Assembly (NCBI GenBank): GCA_963771465.1
Contig: CAVYTU010000014.1
Location: 256,001-320,000, forward strand
Reading direction: 5' to 3'
DNA: 64,000 nucleotides
Source: an uncultured delta proteobacterium
GTDB taxonomy: Bacteria > Desulfobacterota > Binatia > UBA9968
In this document: positions 45,674 to 56,080 of the stretch, one piece after another
Layout of the letters: each line of letters begins with the position of its first letter
Numbering within the stretch: position 1 is the stretch's first letter
Notes under the pieces: model-generated
What the model saw: the letters and a program-made list of their open reading frames with translations, nothing else
What the model was told of the DNA's origin: nothing
Database searches by the model: none
Made by a program: the position numbers and the translations under genes

Positions 45674-47289
45674 CGACCAGCCTCTCGCAATTTATTGGCG
45701 ATTTTTTCGATTACTTTTTTAGGTAAGAACGGTATTTCTAGCTTCTCCGTCATTCGTGTCGTATCGAGTACGATATTGCCATGCTCGGCGAATTCAACAT
45801 CCTGATCAGGCCGGAATCTTGTTGAGAGCGCCCAGATGATTTGATTCGTATTCTCAAGATCAATGTCTTCGTCTACTACTATATTGACTCTCCCGATGTT
45901 CGCTTTCTTGTGGGAAAAAACCACCTCAGAATTACCAGAGACGAGTTTCACCACGTCCTTCTCCACAACTTTGCGGTATTCTAGACCGGCGTTTTTTGTC
46001 ACGATTATCATTTTTCCATTTGTTCCCTGTGGAGTTGAAGACGGATCGAGTTTTATGCAGAAGACGTCGGAAATAATGTGTACGTTTTCTCCGTACCGCG
46101 CACCGGTGACTGAGAGGTTGGCCAGAAATCTTTCCAGTTCCAGCTCGCAATCTCCTTCGTTGACCATGACTATTTTCGAAAGCAACGCATTTAAAGCCAA
46201 AAGCCCCAGTCCCGCCTGCTTTGCAATGCCGGGTTCAGGATTTGGCAACGAGCAGAGTGCCAGAAAAGTCGCGGAAATAAGCGGCCAGTCGATTTTATAT
46301 CTTGTGCCGGGCGGCAAAACCTCAGCCATCATCCTGCTGATCTTTGCGTTGCGTGGCGTGGTGAAGAGGCCGATATGTTCGTATGAATCGGACGGCTGGA
46401 TGTCATAGTAGATCGGCCTCGACCTCCGCAAGATCGCTTTGACCTTGGCGACGCTGCCCGTTGTTCGCGCGGCCATGTAGCCGGTGAATTCGCCGCAGGG
46501 TCCTTCGTGATAATACTCGTTGGGGATAACCTCTGCTTCGATCACGATCTCCGCCTCCGACGGGATAGGTACATGGTTCGTCACCCCGTTGGTGAAGGTC
46601 GCGCCGATCAGGTTTGCCGCAATCGCATACTCATTCTCGATAAACGATGCTGCTAGCAGGTAAAATACTGGATGGGCACCGACGACCACGGAAACTTGCA
46701 GCCGATCTCGCCTTTGGGCCGCGGATTGCACGTAGCGCCAGAAATGACCTCTACTCCCCATGTCGAAAGCGTATGTGTCCTTGTCGATGATCTGAATTCG
46801 AGTAAAACTCATGTTGATCGTTTCAGGAGATATCGGATCTCTTGCGACGGCGAGGCCGGCGGTGATGTATCTACCGAATCCGGTGTGGGAACCATCACCG
46901 GAATAGTGTTTAACAACGGGAAGTCTATAGAGGTCGACATCCTTCCCTTCAAAAACTCGTTCTTTGATTGGCGGGCTCTCGTCGGATATTCGGATCTCGC
47001 CCTTTGAGTTCAAGGCTTCATTCCAGGCTTCGTAAAACTTGGATTCGTAGTCGAGTCCTAGCGCAAACGCCATCCTTGCTCTTGATCCCATGACATTGGT
47101 CACAAGCTGGAAATCCGGGTAACCTTTGACTTTGGAAAACCAGATTAACGGGTTCTTTTCTTCCAGCAGTTTGTAATAAGCAGTAGGTTCGTATTCCACG
47201 TCGACTTCCTCGTCTACGAGGAATACATCCTCCGGATGATGTCGTCTGAACTGGTCCAAGAACTCGCCGAGAGAAGATGTTCGGTTCAT
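45670..47289 (-). CDS. UbiD-family (prFMN) decarboxylase
   Basis: EGPCGEFTGY, AEIVIEAE and VVDEDID..WALSTRFRP. Confidence 0.88.
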   Translation of the reverse strand: MNRTSSLGEFLDQFRRHHPEDVFLVDEEVDVEYEPTAYYKLLEEKNPLIWFSKVKGYPDFQLVTNVMGSRARMAFALGLDYESKFYEAWNEALNSKGEIRISDESPPIKERVFEGKDVDLYRLPVVKHYSGDGSHTGFGRYITAGLAVARDPISPETINMSFTRIQIIDKDTYAFDMGSRGHFWRYVQSAAQRRDRLQVSVVVGAHPVFYLLAASFIENEYAIAANLIGATFTNGVTNHVPIPSEAEIVIEAEVIPNEYYHEGPCGEFTGYMAARTTGSVAKVKAILRRSRPIYYDIQPSDSYEHIGLFTTPRNAKISRMMAEVLPPGTRYKIDWPLISATFLALCSLPNPEPGIAKQAGLGLLALNALLSKIVMVNEGDCELELERFLANLSVTGARYGENVHIISDVFCIKLDPSSTPQGTNGKMIIVTKNAGLEYRKVVEKDVVKLVSGNSEVVFSHKKANIGRVNIVVDEDIDLENTNQIIWALSTRFRPDQDVEFAEHGNIVLDTTRMTEKLEIPFLPKKVIEKIANKLREAGR

Positions 47290-47459
47290 AGGTCACCGGC
47301 GTCCTTCGTAATCGTTACTCGGCCATGCATCAAGGGCTAACAGCGGCTTTCGCCCGCCGACAATAAAACTAGGCTCGACGAAAAGGAACACTCCTCGGCG
47401 CTCCGCCTGCGTACGACCGAGAGCGCAACGCTCGCGCCCACTTCCGCGAGGCCTTGAGC

Positions 47460-47543
47460 GACTGTCTGTACCTTTTCAACGTTGCCATTCATAAAACTCC
47501 GTTGACTAGCGTCTAGTCAGGTGCGGTTTACTGACTCACGCAA
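47460..47543 (-). pseudogene. 5' remnant of a third flavin-monooxygenase copy with its upstream DNA
   Basis: MNGNVEKVQTV, near-identical to 57545-57626. Confidence 0.65.
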
Positions 47544-47617
47544 TAGAAAAACTGGAGCCTGGAAAAGACTCCCGGTATGTTTTTTCTCCGTAAAGGTTTT
47601 AACGATCCAGGCTACCT

Positions 47618-48026
47618 CTAACCGGTCCGTTGTTTAGCAAACTGCTTTACCGATTGCAGATCATTGACCCAGTCGCGCGCGGACCGGCACCACCCTTGTG
47701 TTTTTGGCCTCAGCTCGGCTCGCTGGCGCGCCGTACCGACGCGGAGATTAAACACCTGCGGGTCGCTCACCGCCGCCGAATAAATCGGCGTGCCACACTT
47801 CGGACAAAATGTTTGCGTGCGCTTCGCGCCGCTTTCGGCGGTCTTTACATAAATATTCGGTTGCTCCATGTAAATGAAATGTTTCTTTATTGGCGCGCAC
47901 ACTGGTGCGAAAGGCGGAACCGGTTAGAGTCTGGCAATCCGTGCAATGGCATATTCCAACAGTTTCAGGATCGATTTCCGCACTGTAAGTGATATTCCCG
48001 CAATGGCACCCGCCGTCGATCTTCAT
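47618..48026 (-). CDS. GFA/CENP-V family Zn protein, one frameshift
   Basis: GGCHCG..CHCTDCQ..FCPKCGTP. Confidence 0.88.
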
Positions 48027-48304
48027 ATCGTTCTCCTCGTTAATACTAGCGTGATCACCAGTAGGATTATTACTTAACTTCTATATTGTGAATTGTTGTT
48101 GCAAAACCCCACTAACGCGACTCGATTAATTTGCTGACACCCCGTTTGTCCGGCCCTCCACCAATCAACGTTTTCTTTGAGTCCCCATTTTTAAGGTAGA
48201 AGAATTTTTGCCCTGTCCTGCCAAATTTACGCGCTGAATGCGAGGCACGATACCGCGCCGCCCAGACCTGAAAAGCCGGTCTCTCGGCTGGACCCAGGAA
48301 CTAA

Positions 48305-49570
48305 TCAATCGGCGATCGCTTGAAGTACCAACGACGTGATGACCTGCCGATTGCGAAAACGGATTGCACCTGGCGTTGCCGCCATGAATACGACGGCCAG
48401 TTCCTCTTTCGGATCAACCCAAAAATATGTCCCGTTTCCACCGCTCCAGTGATAATCGCCGGGCGATCCCATCGTACCCGCGATACCGTAGCCGCGGCGC
48501 ACGGCAACGCTAAGGCCAAATCCATAACCGTTGATGTTTGGGTAGTCACGCAAGCGATCAATATTCACCTCTGGACCAAGCTGATCTGCCGTCATGAATT
48601 CAACAGTCTTGCGACTCAGGATGCGCATGCCGTCGAGTGTGCCGCGATTGAGCAACATCTGGGCAAATCGGAGATAATCGCTGGCCGTCGACAATGCGCA
48701 GGCGCCGCCACAATCGAACTTACGCGGCTGGCGGCGATCCCCAGCGACTTGTCTGCTGCCAGTCTCAGACTCCGCGGGCAAGACCCTCGCGATCCGTCTT
48801 GCCTTGTCGGCAGTCAGCACGAACTCGGTGTCGACCATCCCCAGCGGCGCAAAAAGCCGCTCACTTAGGAATCGAGAAAGTGGCTGCTTAGTCACGGCCT
48901 CGATAACAAGGCCGAGAACATCAAGCCCAAAGCTGTAGTCCCACGCAAGACCTGGCTGGTAGTGCAGAGGCAGCGATGCCAGCTTCTCAATGAACTGCAG
49001 TCCGGTAAGATTGCCAGATGCATCCCACGACCCTGGGGGATACATCTTGTAGAGTTCACTTGTGCCTCGATTGCCGTACGTCACGCCAGCAGTGTGTCGC
49101 ATGAGATCTTGAATCGTCGGTTGTCGCCTGGCAGCTTCGGTGCCCGTCGCTGTTCCAGGGCGCGTCACGGCCACTGACATCCTGCCCAGCTGTGGCAAGT
49201 ACTCGCCGACCGGATCATTCAGGAGAAGACGACCCTCTTCGACGAGCATCAACGCTCCCACTGTCGTCAGCGGCTTGGTCATCGAGGCGATGGGGAAGAT
49301 GGCGTCCTTGGGCATCGGAGTGCCAGCCGTCTTGTTTAGAAAGCCGAACGCTTCGTAGTAAACAAGCTTTCCTTTACGAGCAATGGCAACGACGGCTCCT
49401 GGCATGCGACCGTTCTCGATATCGGCCAGCATTATCGGGGCAATGCGTTGGAGGCGTTGAGATGACATGCCTACTGCCTCAGGCTTCGCCACCGGAATCT
49501 GCTGCGCATACAACGGGCGTGTGCTAACAGCGCCGAGCACCGCCGCGACTAAGGCTAAACAGATTCTCAT
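48305..49570 (-). CDS. Beta-lactamase-family serine hydrolase
   Basis: ASMTK (SxxK), LMRHTAG, WDYS and WSGG. Confidence 0.93.
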   Translation of the reverse strand: MRICLALVAAVLGAVSTRPLYAQQIPVAKPEAVGMSSQRLQRIAPIMLADIENGRMPGAVVAIARKGKLVYYEAFGFLNKTAGTPMPKDAIFPIASMTKPLTTVGALMLVEEGRLLLNDPVGEYLPQLGRMSVAVTRPGTATGTEAARRQPTIQDLMRHTAGVTYGNRGTSELYKMYPPGSWDASGNLTGLQFIEKLASLPLHYQPGLAWDYSFGLDVLGLVIEAVTKQPLSRFLSERLFAPLGMVDTEFVLTADKARRIARVLPAESETGSRQVAGDRRQPRKFDCGGACALSTASDYLRFAQMLLNRGTLDGMRILSRKTVEFMTADQLGPEVNIDRLRDYPNINGYGFGLSVAVRRGYGIAGTMGSPGDYHWSGGNGTYFWVDPKEELAVVFMAATPGAIRFRNRQVITSLVLQAIAD

Positions 49571-49573
49571 ATC

Positions 49574-49732
49574 CTATTCTTCCCCCTTCCCCCAGTAATG
49601 CGAGCCTGGCGTATAAGTTATATCAATATCGAGACCATGCCGTTCGAAAATTTTATTCTCCCTACCGGCGTGCACCGGAAGGTTATAGCCGGCCCGGAAT
49701 TGGATCAGTCTAAGTTTAGTGAGACTGGCCAT
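49574..49732 (-). pseudogene. N-terminal fragment of an SsuA/NMT1-type binding protein
   Basis: YNLPVHAGRENKIFERHGLDIDITYTPGS followed by an abrupt stop. Confidence 0.6.
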
Positions 49733-49749
49733 GGGAGTCTCTTGAAGAC

Positions 49750-49941
49750 TTAGTAAATAATAGACGGCATATAAGAGCCATCGGGGTCCTGATACTCGCC
49801 CATCGCCATCAACGTCATCGGCAATACCGCCCGAAACCTTTCTTTTAAACACCAGCGAAAAAGCTTTGACTGCCGGACCAGCAACAGAAACGACAACGGT
49901 TCCGAATCCTTGGCCGCAGCGCCCAGCAACAGCGATTTCAT
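49750..49941 (-). pseudogene. C-terminal fragment of a GNAT-type acetyltransferase
   Basis: LSFLL..RQSKLFRWCL..PMTLMAMGEYQDP..YMPSIIY resembles a known GNAT C-terminus (from recall). Confidence 0.55.
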
Positions 49942-50267
49942 ATCTTACAAGATAGAAACGCAACTGGAGCGTCTTAACAGTCGACCGTAAATCGAGATAC
50001 AATTGCCAGAGAGCTGACACGTAATAAGCCTCCCCAACATTGAGCAGCCATGGCATGATCTGAGGCCAAACTGAAGTAACCGAATCTATTCTTCTGAGAT
50101 GGCAATGAACAGAAGAATTTAGGCTAGCCGCCTTGGCAATCGAGAACTGTGTTTGGCCTCTTTGTTTTTGCCACCGACTAAATATCGATTCAATGCTCGC
50201 GCTTCGCAATAGGTTACGGGGCGAACCTTTACCGATGAAAATAACCGGTTAAAAACCAAGGAGAGGC

Positions 50268-51272
50268 ATGATGAAAAAAAGTCTTCTGCTTCTTTTTCTG
50301 CTTGCATTAAGTGGGGCGCTGAACATAGCTGAAGCACAGCCTTTGGCGATTCGAGTCGGTTACACTGCGCTCTCGGGCGCGTTCGCGCCACTCTGGATGG
50401 CAAAGGAATTAAGTTTGTTTGAACGACAGGGCATCCAGTCCACGCCAATCTACATGGCTGCGACACTTGCTTATCAAGCCATGCTGGCCCGGGAGACCGA
50501 CTTTACGGTTGGAACTGGCATTCCATCCGTGCAGGCTCGTGTGGGCGGAGCGGATCCGCTGATTGTGGTCACTTATATCAGCGGCTTCAACTTTTATGTT
50601 ATCGCTCGCCCGTCGGTTCAACAACCAGCCGACCTACGAGGCAGGCGCATTGGAGTCAATCGATTTGGCACGGGCACGGACTTCGGTGCACGGCTTGCAC
50701 TAAAGCGATGGGGCCTGGTTGCGGGCAAGGATGTGACGATCATCCAGGTAGGCGGGTACCCAGAGGGGATCGCGGCCCTCAAGGGAGATTCGGTGCAGGC
50801 CGTCGTCTTGGCACCACCATTTTCGACGGAAGCTAAACGTCTCGGGATGATCGAACTCCTCGATTTCAACCAGAGTGATATTGACTTTGCCGGTGTCGGT
50901 CTCAGTACCACAGCTCGCTATGTCAGCGCCCGTGACGATGCCACGCGTCGGGTTGTGCGCGCCTTGGTTGAAGGAATTTGGGCATTCAAGGGCAACAAAG
51001 AACACGCTCTTCGTGTCATAGGAAAATATACGCGCATGACGGATCCAAACCTTTTAGAAGACGCCTATCAGACCTACAGGAAAGGCATCCGATTAGTTCC
51101 TCGGACAACCGAGACGGGGGTTCGAAATGTCCTTGACGCGGTCGCTGAACAAAACCCAAAAGCCAGGAGTGCGAACCCGCAGGATTTCTACACCAACCGC
51201 TTTATCGATGAACTCGAACAAACGGGCTTCATGCGCGAGTTAGCTGTCCGTTATCCTGAAGCCCTCCGTTGA
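50268..51272 (+). CDS. SsuA/NMT1-type ABC substrate-binding protein
   Basis: Signal peptide, PLWMAKE..F and DLRGRRIGVNRFG. Confidence 0.9.
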   Translation: MMKKSLLLLFLLALSGALNIAEAQPLAIRVGYTALSGAFAPLWMAKELSLFERQGIQSTPIYMAATLAYQAMLARETDFTVGTGIPSVQARVGGADPLIVVTYISGFNFYVIARPSVQQPADLRGRRIGVNRFGTGTDFGARLALKRWGLVAGKDVTIIQVGGYPEGIAALKGDSVQAVVLAPPFSTEAKRLGMIELLDFNQSDIDFAGVGLSTTARYVSARDDATRRVVRALVEGIWAFKGNKEHALRVIGKYTRMTDPNLLEDAYQTYRKGIRLVPRTTETGVRNVLDAVAEQNPKARSANPQDFYTNRFIDELEQTGFMRELAVRYPEALR

Positions 51273-51323
51273 TTCAAGCCGAGCCTTAGGTTTCGGTCAA
51301 CTGTTCTGCGAGTCGCTAGCAAC

Positions 51324-51683
51324 TTACTTTTTATCCAGAGGCGCCGCGCCTGGCCAATGGCCGACGTCGACGATGATGCCCTCGGGACCTTTAAATTTTT
51401 CTTCATAGGGAGACCGAGTGCTCTCTCTGACCGCGCCGGCCGCTTCCATCTTGCGGATCTGTGCCTGATCGTCCTCTGCAGAAAAACCTATATGGTCGAG
51501 ACCTGCTCTACGGCTTCTATTTGCGGCGAACGGAAGAATCGAAATATTTACCGAACCGTCGCTCAAATCGATGGCGCTGTCTTTCCGCTTTTGCACCATC
51601 GTCAAGCCCAGCGCATCGACGAAAAATTTCGCCATCGCTTCGACGTCCTCGGCGCGGTAAGAGATATGCCTTATTTTAGCCAT
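51324..51683 (-). CDS. VOC/glyoxalase family protein
   Basis: IRHIS, LDHIGF and GPEGIIVD. Confidence 0.85.
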   Translation of the reverse strand: MAKIRHISYRAEDVEAMAKFFVDALGLTMVQKRKDSAIDLSDGSVNISILPFAANRSRRAGLDHIGFSAEDDQAQIRKMEAAGAVRESTRSPYEEKFKGPEGIIVDVGHWPGAAPLDKK

Positions 51684-51830
51684 TGTTCACCTACTTGTTC
51701 ATTCGCGCGCCGTTTGTCGTTGCCGAAAAACGTATCGACGATGATGCGGCGACTTGGAGTCTCGACTACCAGTTCATGAATTGACAAACGCAGCTCACCG
51801 TTTTCGGTCATGAAGTGAGGCTTCAGCCTC
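51671..51830 (-). pseudogene. Internal fragment of an MBL-fold hydrolase
   Basis: LKPHFMTENGELRLSIHELVVETPSRRIIVDTFFGNDKRR. Confidence 0.55.
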
Positions 51831-51997
51831 GATGTCTTTGCAGGCTTGTGGAGTGGCATCCAACAAGAGAAAACGGTGCACGCTCCCCGCGAATTCCTTC
51901 CCGACGAACTTGGTGATCCGAACATCGCCGATTTGCCAGTGGCTCACTACGTCTTCCTTAAAAAATGAATTAGGACCGTTTGAGTCTGACTAGGCAC

Positions 51998-52906
51998 CTA
52001 AAACTCCATCAGGTCTTTGGCGACGATCACCTGACCGGAAAAATGTTTCTTTACCTCCGCGGCCCACGGCGCATAATCGCCGTCGAGTTTGTGTGTCAAG
52101 TGCGACAGCACCAAGGTCTTAACATTGGCCCGCGCGGCCATCTTCCCGATTTCGTCTAGAGCCATATGCCCCTGGGTCATCTGACGCGTGATGCCAGCCT
52201 GCTCGGCAGGGCTCATCGCTTGCCACCGACCATCGTCGAGCATCTCTTGCATGCGACCTTGGCACGAGGACGTTTCCGAGACGAGCAGATCGGCGCCTTT
52301 CGCAAGCTCGCTGACGGCATCGCTGGCCCCGGTATCCCCGGTAAACACAATCACGCGATCAAGCGTTTCGAAACGATAGGCATAGGACTTGTGCTTGCCG
52401 GCAGCCGGGCCTTCATGGAAAGCAAAATGGCTGTTTTCGACGGCCGTCACTTTGATGTTCGCGTCCTCGTAGATTGTTCCGGTACCGACATCATGACCGA
52501 AGAACACCTGGGCTATCGGCATGCTGCGACCTCCATCGGCAATCCTGATCTCCGCACTGATGGTGAAATACTGAACAGCGGCGGTCACCAGCTCTCTAGT
52601 CCTGGGCGGGCCATAGACATGGATCGGTTTGGTGCGATTTTGATCCCATGCAACCGACAGCAGTGTACCGAGACCGGCCGTGTGATCGTCGTGATGATGA
52701 GTGATAAAGACAGTTCCGATTTCTCGGACGTTAATCCCAGCTTTTGCAAGGCGCCGTGCGACCCCATCGCCCGCATCAACTATGTAATGCGTCCCGTTGA
52801 CGGTCAGGAGATTGGAGGACTGCGCTCGATGGGCTCGCGGTGGCGGGCCCCCTGACGTCCCTAGCGTGATAAGGCGGGTCCTTGTGTTCATAGGGTGGCT
52901 CTCCAT
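51998..52906 (-). CDS. MBL-fold metallo-hydrolase (RNase Z/sulfatase-like)
   Basis: LGTSGGP, THHHDDH, FTGDT and LSH. Confidence 0.9.
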   Translation of the reverse strand: MESHPMNTRTRLITLGTSGGPPPRAHRAQSSNLLTVNGTHYIVDAGDGVARRLAKAGINVREIGTVFITHHHDDHTAGLGTLLSVAWDQNRTKPIHVYGPPRTRELVTAAVQYFTISAEIRIADGGRSMPIAQVFFGHDVGTGTIYEDANIKVTAVENSHFAFHEGPAAGKHKSYAYRFETLDRVIVFTGDTGASDAVSELAKGADLLVSETSSCQGRMQEMLDDGRWQAMSPAEQAGITRQMTQGHMALDEIGKMAARANVKTLVLSHLTHKLDGDYAPWAAEVKKHFSGQVIVAKDLMEF

Positions 52907-52961
52907 TACACTATGCTTTCGCGCGCTATCTTACCGATGGTCATCGCGACATGAACGGACC

Positions 52962-53414
52962 CTATGTCGGGACCACAAAATCGTATTTCGCGGCGATCGC
53001 CGCCAACTCTGGCGTCATGGACGTCGTGCCTGAGCGCATCGCGTCGGCGAGATCGCGCAGGTAGTTCTCCAAACCACCAGGAGCGCTGATGTTGAGGAAC
53101 CGCACCGGTTCGTCGCTGATGTTGGCGAACGTGTGTACGACGCCTGGAGGCACCAAGAAGTAACTTCCGGCAGACGCGTCGATCTCGCGATCGCCCACCG
53201 TCATGCGTAAGGTTCCTTCGAGAACGTAGAAGGTGTCCGTTGTATACCTGTGCGAGTGCGGGGGCGGTCCATTCATGCCGGCGGGGAAAGTCGCCTCCGA
53301 TATCGAGAAGGCGCCATCAGTCGTCTCCGCTGTGGCCTTCATGACGGCGGTACTGGCACCTGCCGCGATGCGCTCACCTTCCCCAGGTTGAAGAATGACG
53401 GGATTCATCGCCAC
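52962..53414 (-). CDS. Cupin domain protein
   Basis: GPPPHSH..FYVLEG..VPPGVVH. Confidence 0.9.
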   Translation of the reverse strand: MAMNPVILQPGEGERIAAGASTAVMKATAETTDGAFSISEATFPAGMNGPPPHSHRYTTDTFYVLEGTLRMTVGDREIDASAGSYFLVPPGVVHTFANISDEPVRFLNISAPGGLENYLRDLADAMRSGTTSMTPELAAIAAKYDFVVPT

Positions 53415-53488
53415 CTCCTTTATCGACGACCCTAACGAAACAGCTCAATGCGATCGGAACTGCATCGCCCATCGTTTTATGTTGTTTC

Positions 53489-54715
53489 TCAGCTCCGAGC
53501 CATGATTTGCTCGGCCAAATAAGCCGCGTCCTCCGCGCCTGAGGCACAACGCAGAAAAGCTGATTTCCGCTTGTAGAGCCAACGCAACCCAAGAAAATAG
53601 ATGCCGGGCAATCGAGTCACACCGCGACGATGCAGCGGCTGGCGTCCATCGTCGAAGATAGGCAGCTTCACCCACTCGAAGTTGCAGCGAAACCCGGTCG
53701 CCCAGATAATGGCGCTCACGCCTGCGTCTTTAAGGTTCAGTCGCGAGACCGGACTCGGAACCTCTGATTTTACGGCTGGCTCCCGCTCAGCCAGAAACTC
53801 CAAGCCATTCTTCGTTATGTAGTCGTCCACGGCCCGTTTGAAATTTTCCAGCGCCTCGTCGCCTCGGGCGAGATTCTGCGTGAGATCATCTGCTAGTATC
53901 AACTCACTACCGTTGATCCCCTGTAAATGGCCTAACAAGGCTATTCCGCGTCCGGCCATGGCATGTAAGTTGACGTCGTAACCACCATTTGCGCCGGTAA
54001 GTAAGATTTCCGATCCTTTTCTAAGCTGCTCTGGCACCGTATCGACGATTTGCTCGGTCGTCCCCAGCGCAGACACCCAATAGGCGTAGTCCTTGCCGCG
54101 ATATTTTCTCGGCCTACGGCTATGGCGCCCAACCGAAAGGTCGACCTGACGACCACTCTGATTTAGGTCGTCGGCGATCTGACAGCCCGAAGCTCCGCTG
54201 CCCACAACCAGCACGGAGCCTGGCGGCAGCTGGCTCGCATTGCAATAGGCATTGGAATGTAGCTGAAAGATAGTTTTCGGAACATCCGCGCTCATGGCCG
54301 GTATTACGGGCAGTTGATACGGACCCGTGGCGATCACCACGTTAGCAGCTTCAATCGAGCCGTTGTTTGTCGAGAGCAGATAGCGGCTGGAATCGGCTCG
54401 CTCCAGTGAAGTGACCTCCACTCCACAACGCACCGGAGCCTTGATGAAATCGGCGTAGCCATCGAGAAAGCGCACGACTTCGCGTCCGGGAGCGAAGGCA
54501 TCTGGATCGTCGCATTCGTATTTGTACCCCGGCAATTCGATGGTCCAGTTGGGGAACTGGAAGCAGAAGGAATCCCAGCGTTCGCTACGCCAACGTTCGC
54601 CGACTCGGCCCCGTTCGAGGATCACATGCTCTCGCCCAGCTTGACTAAGAAAATAGCTCATAGTCAGGCCGGCGTGGCCGCCGCCGATGATAACCGTATC
54701 TAGCTGTTCGTTCAT
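53489..54715 (-). CDS. Flavin-containing monooxygenase (copy 1)
   Basis: GGGHAG, ERWDSF, HSNAY, VGSGASGCQIA and ATG motifs. Confidence 0.92.
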   Translation of the reverse strand: MNEQLDTVIIGGGHAGLTMSYFLSQAGREHVILERGRVGERWRSERWDSFCFQFPNWTIELPGYKYECDDPDAFAPGREVVRFLDGYADFIKAPVRCGVEVTSLERADSSRYLLSTNNGSIEAANVVIATGPYQLPVIPAMSADVPKTIFQLHSNAYCNASQLPPGSVLVVGSGASGCQIADDLNQSGRQVDLSVGRHSRRPRKYRGKDYAYWVSALGTTEQIVDTVPEQLRKGSEILLTGANGGYDVNLHAMAGRGIALLGHLQGINGSELILADDLTQNLARGDEALENFKRAVDDYITKNGLEFLAEREPAVKSEVPSPVSRLNLKDAGVSAIIWATGFRCNFEWVKLPIFDDGRQPLHRRGVTRLPGIYFLGLRWLYKRKSAFLRCASGAEDAAYLAEQIMARS

Positions 54716-54890
54716 GGTGATCTCCTTAAATGAGCCGTTACATGCTTCCCCCTGTCCACAAGTTTTGGACGGCGGGCTTCTCTATGGCAAAAATCGTGAA
54801 TCGCAGAGTGAAGTTCTAATCATGATCTCCCGAAAATTCGCTGTGTGGACGGTCGCTTATCTTTTTTGTACGCACCACCCGTTGTCACGG

Positions 54891-55607
54891 TTAACCTTTA
54901 AACGCTATCCAACCTCCCAGCATCATGTTCTGAAAGAAATGTTGAATCCGGTGAAATCCGGCCTCGGTCAATAGTTGCTCCATGCGAGACGGTGAAACGA
55001 GGTGAATAGTCTTTACACGCTCCTTCATGCCGCTCTCAATTTCTTCCCACTTCACGCCGGCCAGATTTTGCTGGTGCTTCCATGCTTCCAGCAATAGATT
55101 CGTTCCCGGAGCGCTTAGATCGCCATGGGCATCCATTAGCACCAATGGCGCACCAAATTTGAGCCGTTTCGCAACGCCACAAAGAAGTTTCACCTTTCCG
55201 CCGTCATCGGGAATAAAGTGTAAAACCATCGCCGTGGTTGCCCCGTCATAGAGCCTGTCAGTTGAGAGATCGTCAACATTTCCTTTAAACAAGGAGACTC
55301 GGTCGGTCAGTCCTGCGGCTTCGATCTTTTCCTTTGCCAGATCCAACATACGCTCTGCAGGATCTACGCCCAGAAAGCGCCAATTCGGGTTTGCATTGCC
55401 GAGTTCAAGAATCTCTGCCCCCGTCCCGGCACCGACAATCATTAGCTCGCTTTCAGCTCCCAACACTCCACGAAGCATGGCGTTGATCGCGGGGTGAATT
55501 GTGTCGTAGAAAGGAAACGTCTTGCGTATCCGCTTATCATAGTCTGTCGCGCCCTTCGCATACCTTTCTTGCTGGAACGCCATTGGATCAGGGGCTTTCG
55601 TTGCCAT
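54891..55607 (-). CDS. Class I SAM-dependent methyltransferase
   Basis: IVGAGTG, GVDP and VLHF. Confidence 0.9.
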   Translation of the reverse strand: MATKAPDPMAFQQERYAKGATDYDKRIRKTFPFYDTIHPAINAMLRGVLGAESELMIVGAGTGAEILELGNANPNWRFLGVDPAERMLDLAKEKIEAAGLTDRVSLFKGNVDDLSTDRLYDGATTAMVLHFIPDDGGKVKLLCGVAKRLKFGAPLVLMDAHGDLSAPGTNLLLEAWKHQQNLAGVKWEEIESGMKERVKTIHLVSPSRMEQLLTEAGFHRIQHFFQNMMLGGWIAFKG

Positions 55608-55660
55608 CGACTCCTCTCCTTTTCTAGGTTGTTATCCGCTTGTTGCGAATAGGAACACGG

Positions 55661-56080
55661 TCAACTCCGCGGTGAGAACGGAAACGCCGCCTCAATCGTG
55701 CCAAACGGCGCCTGCACGTAATCAAAGCCTTCCTGCGACACTTGCACGAGCAGAAAGACTGTTTCGTCCGTCTTACTCGGATTTGATAATTCGTGTCGCA
55801 CGCCGGGCGGCATTCGACAGAAGCCACCAGGCTTGAGCACGAACACGCCATTGCCGTGTTCGCCTTCATAGCGGATTTCGAGATTGCCCTTTACACCGAC
55901 GAAAAGATCATAGACCCGCGCATGCATGTGCGTCGGCACGCCGCTGCCAGGCTGCACGCGGTACACCGCCGTCTGCACCGGCGCGTCCTCATGCAACATT
56001 CCCTTCTCACAGCCCGGCCGGCGTTCCTCGAGCGCGATGTTCGTGACGTCTTCGACCGTGATGACAGGTTTCTGACTCAT
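55661..56080 (-). CDS. Cupin domain protein
   Basis: VPTHMH..PPGVRH. Confidence 0.85.
   Translation of the reverse strand: MSQKPVITVEDVTNIALEERRPGCEKGMLHEDAPVQTAVYRVQPGSGVPTHMHARVYDLFVGVKGNLEIRYEGEHGNGVFVLKPGGFCRMPPGVRHELSNPSKTDETVFLLVQVSQEGFDYVQAPFGTIEAAFPFSPRS

Noticed and set aside
48124-48137. 14-mer gattaatttgctga also found at 58870
   Set aside because: It is short and AT-rich with no flanking homology, so it is probably chance.
49574-50209. 211-aa ORF as a real gene
   Set aside because: It appears to be chance read-through. Only the last 52 codons resemble a protein, and it overlaps a GNAT fragment in another frame.
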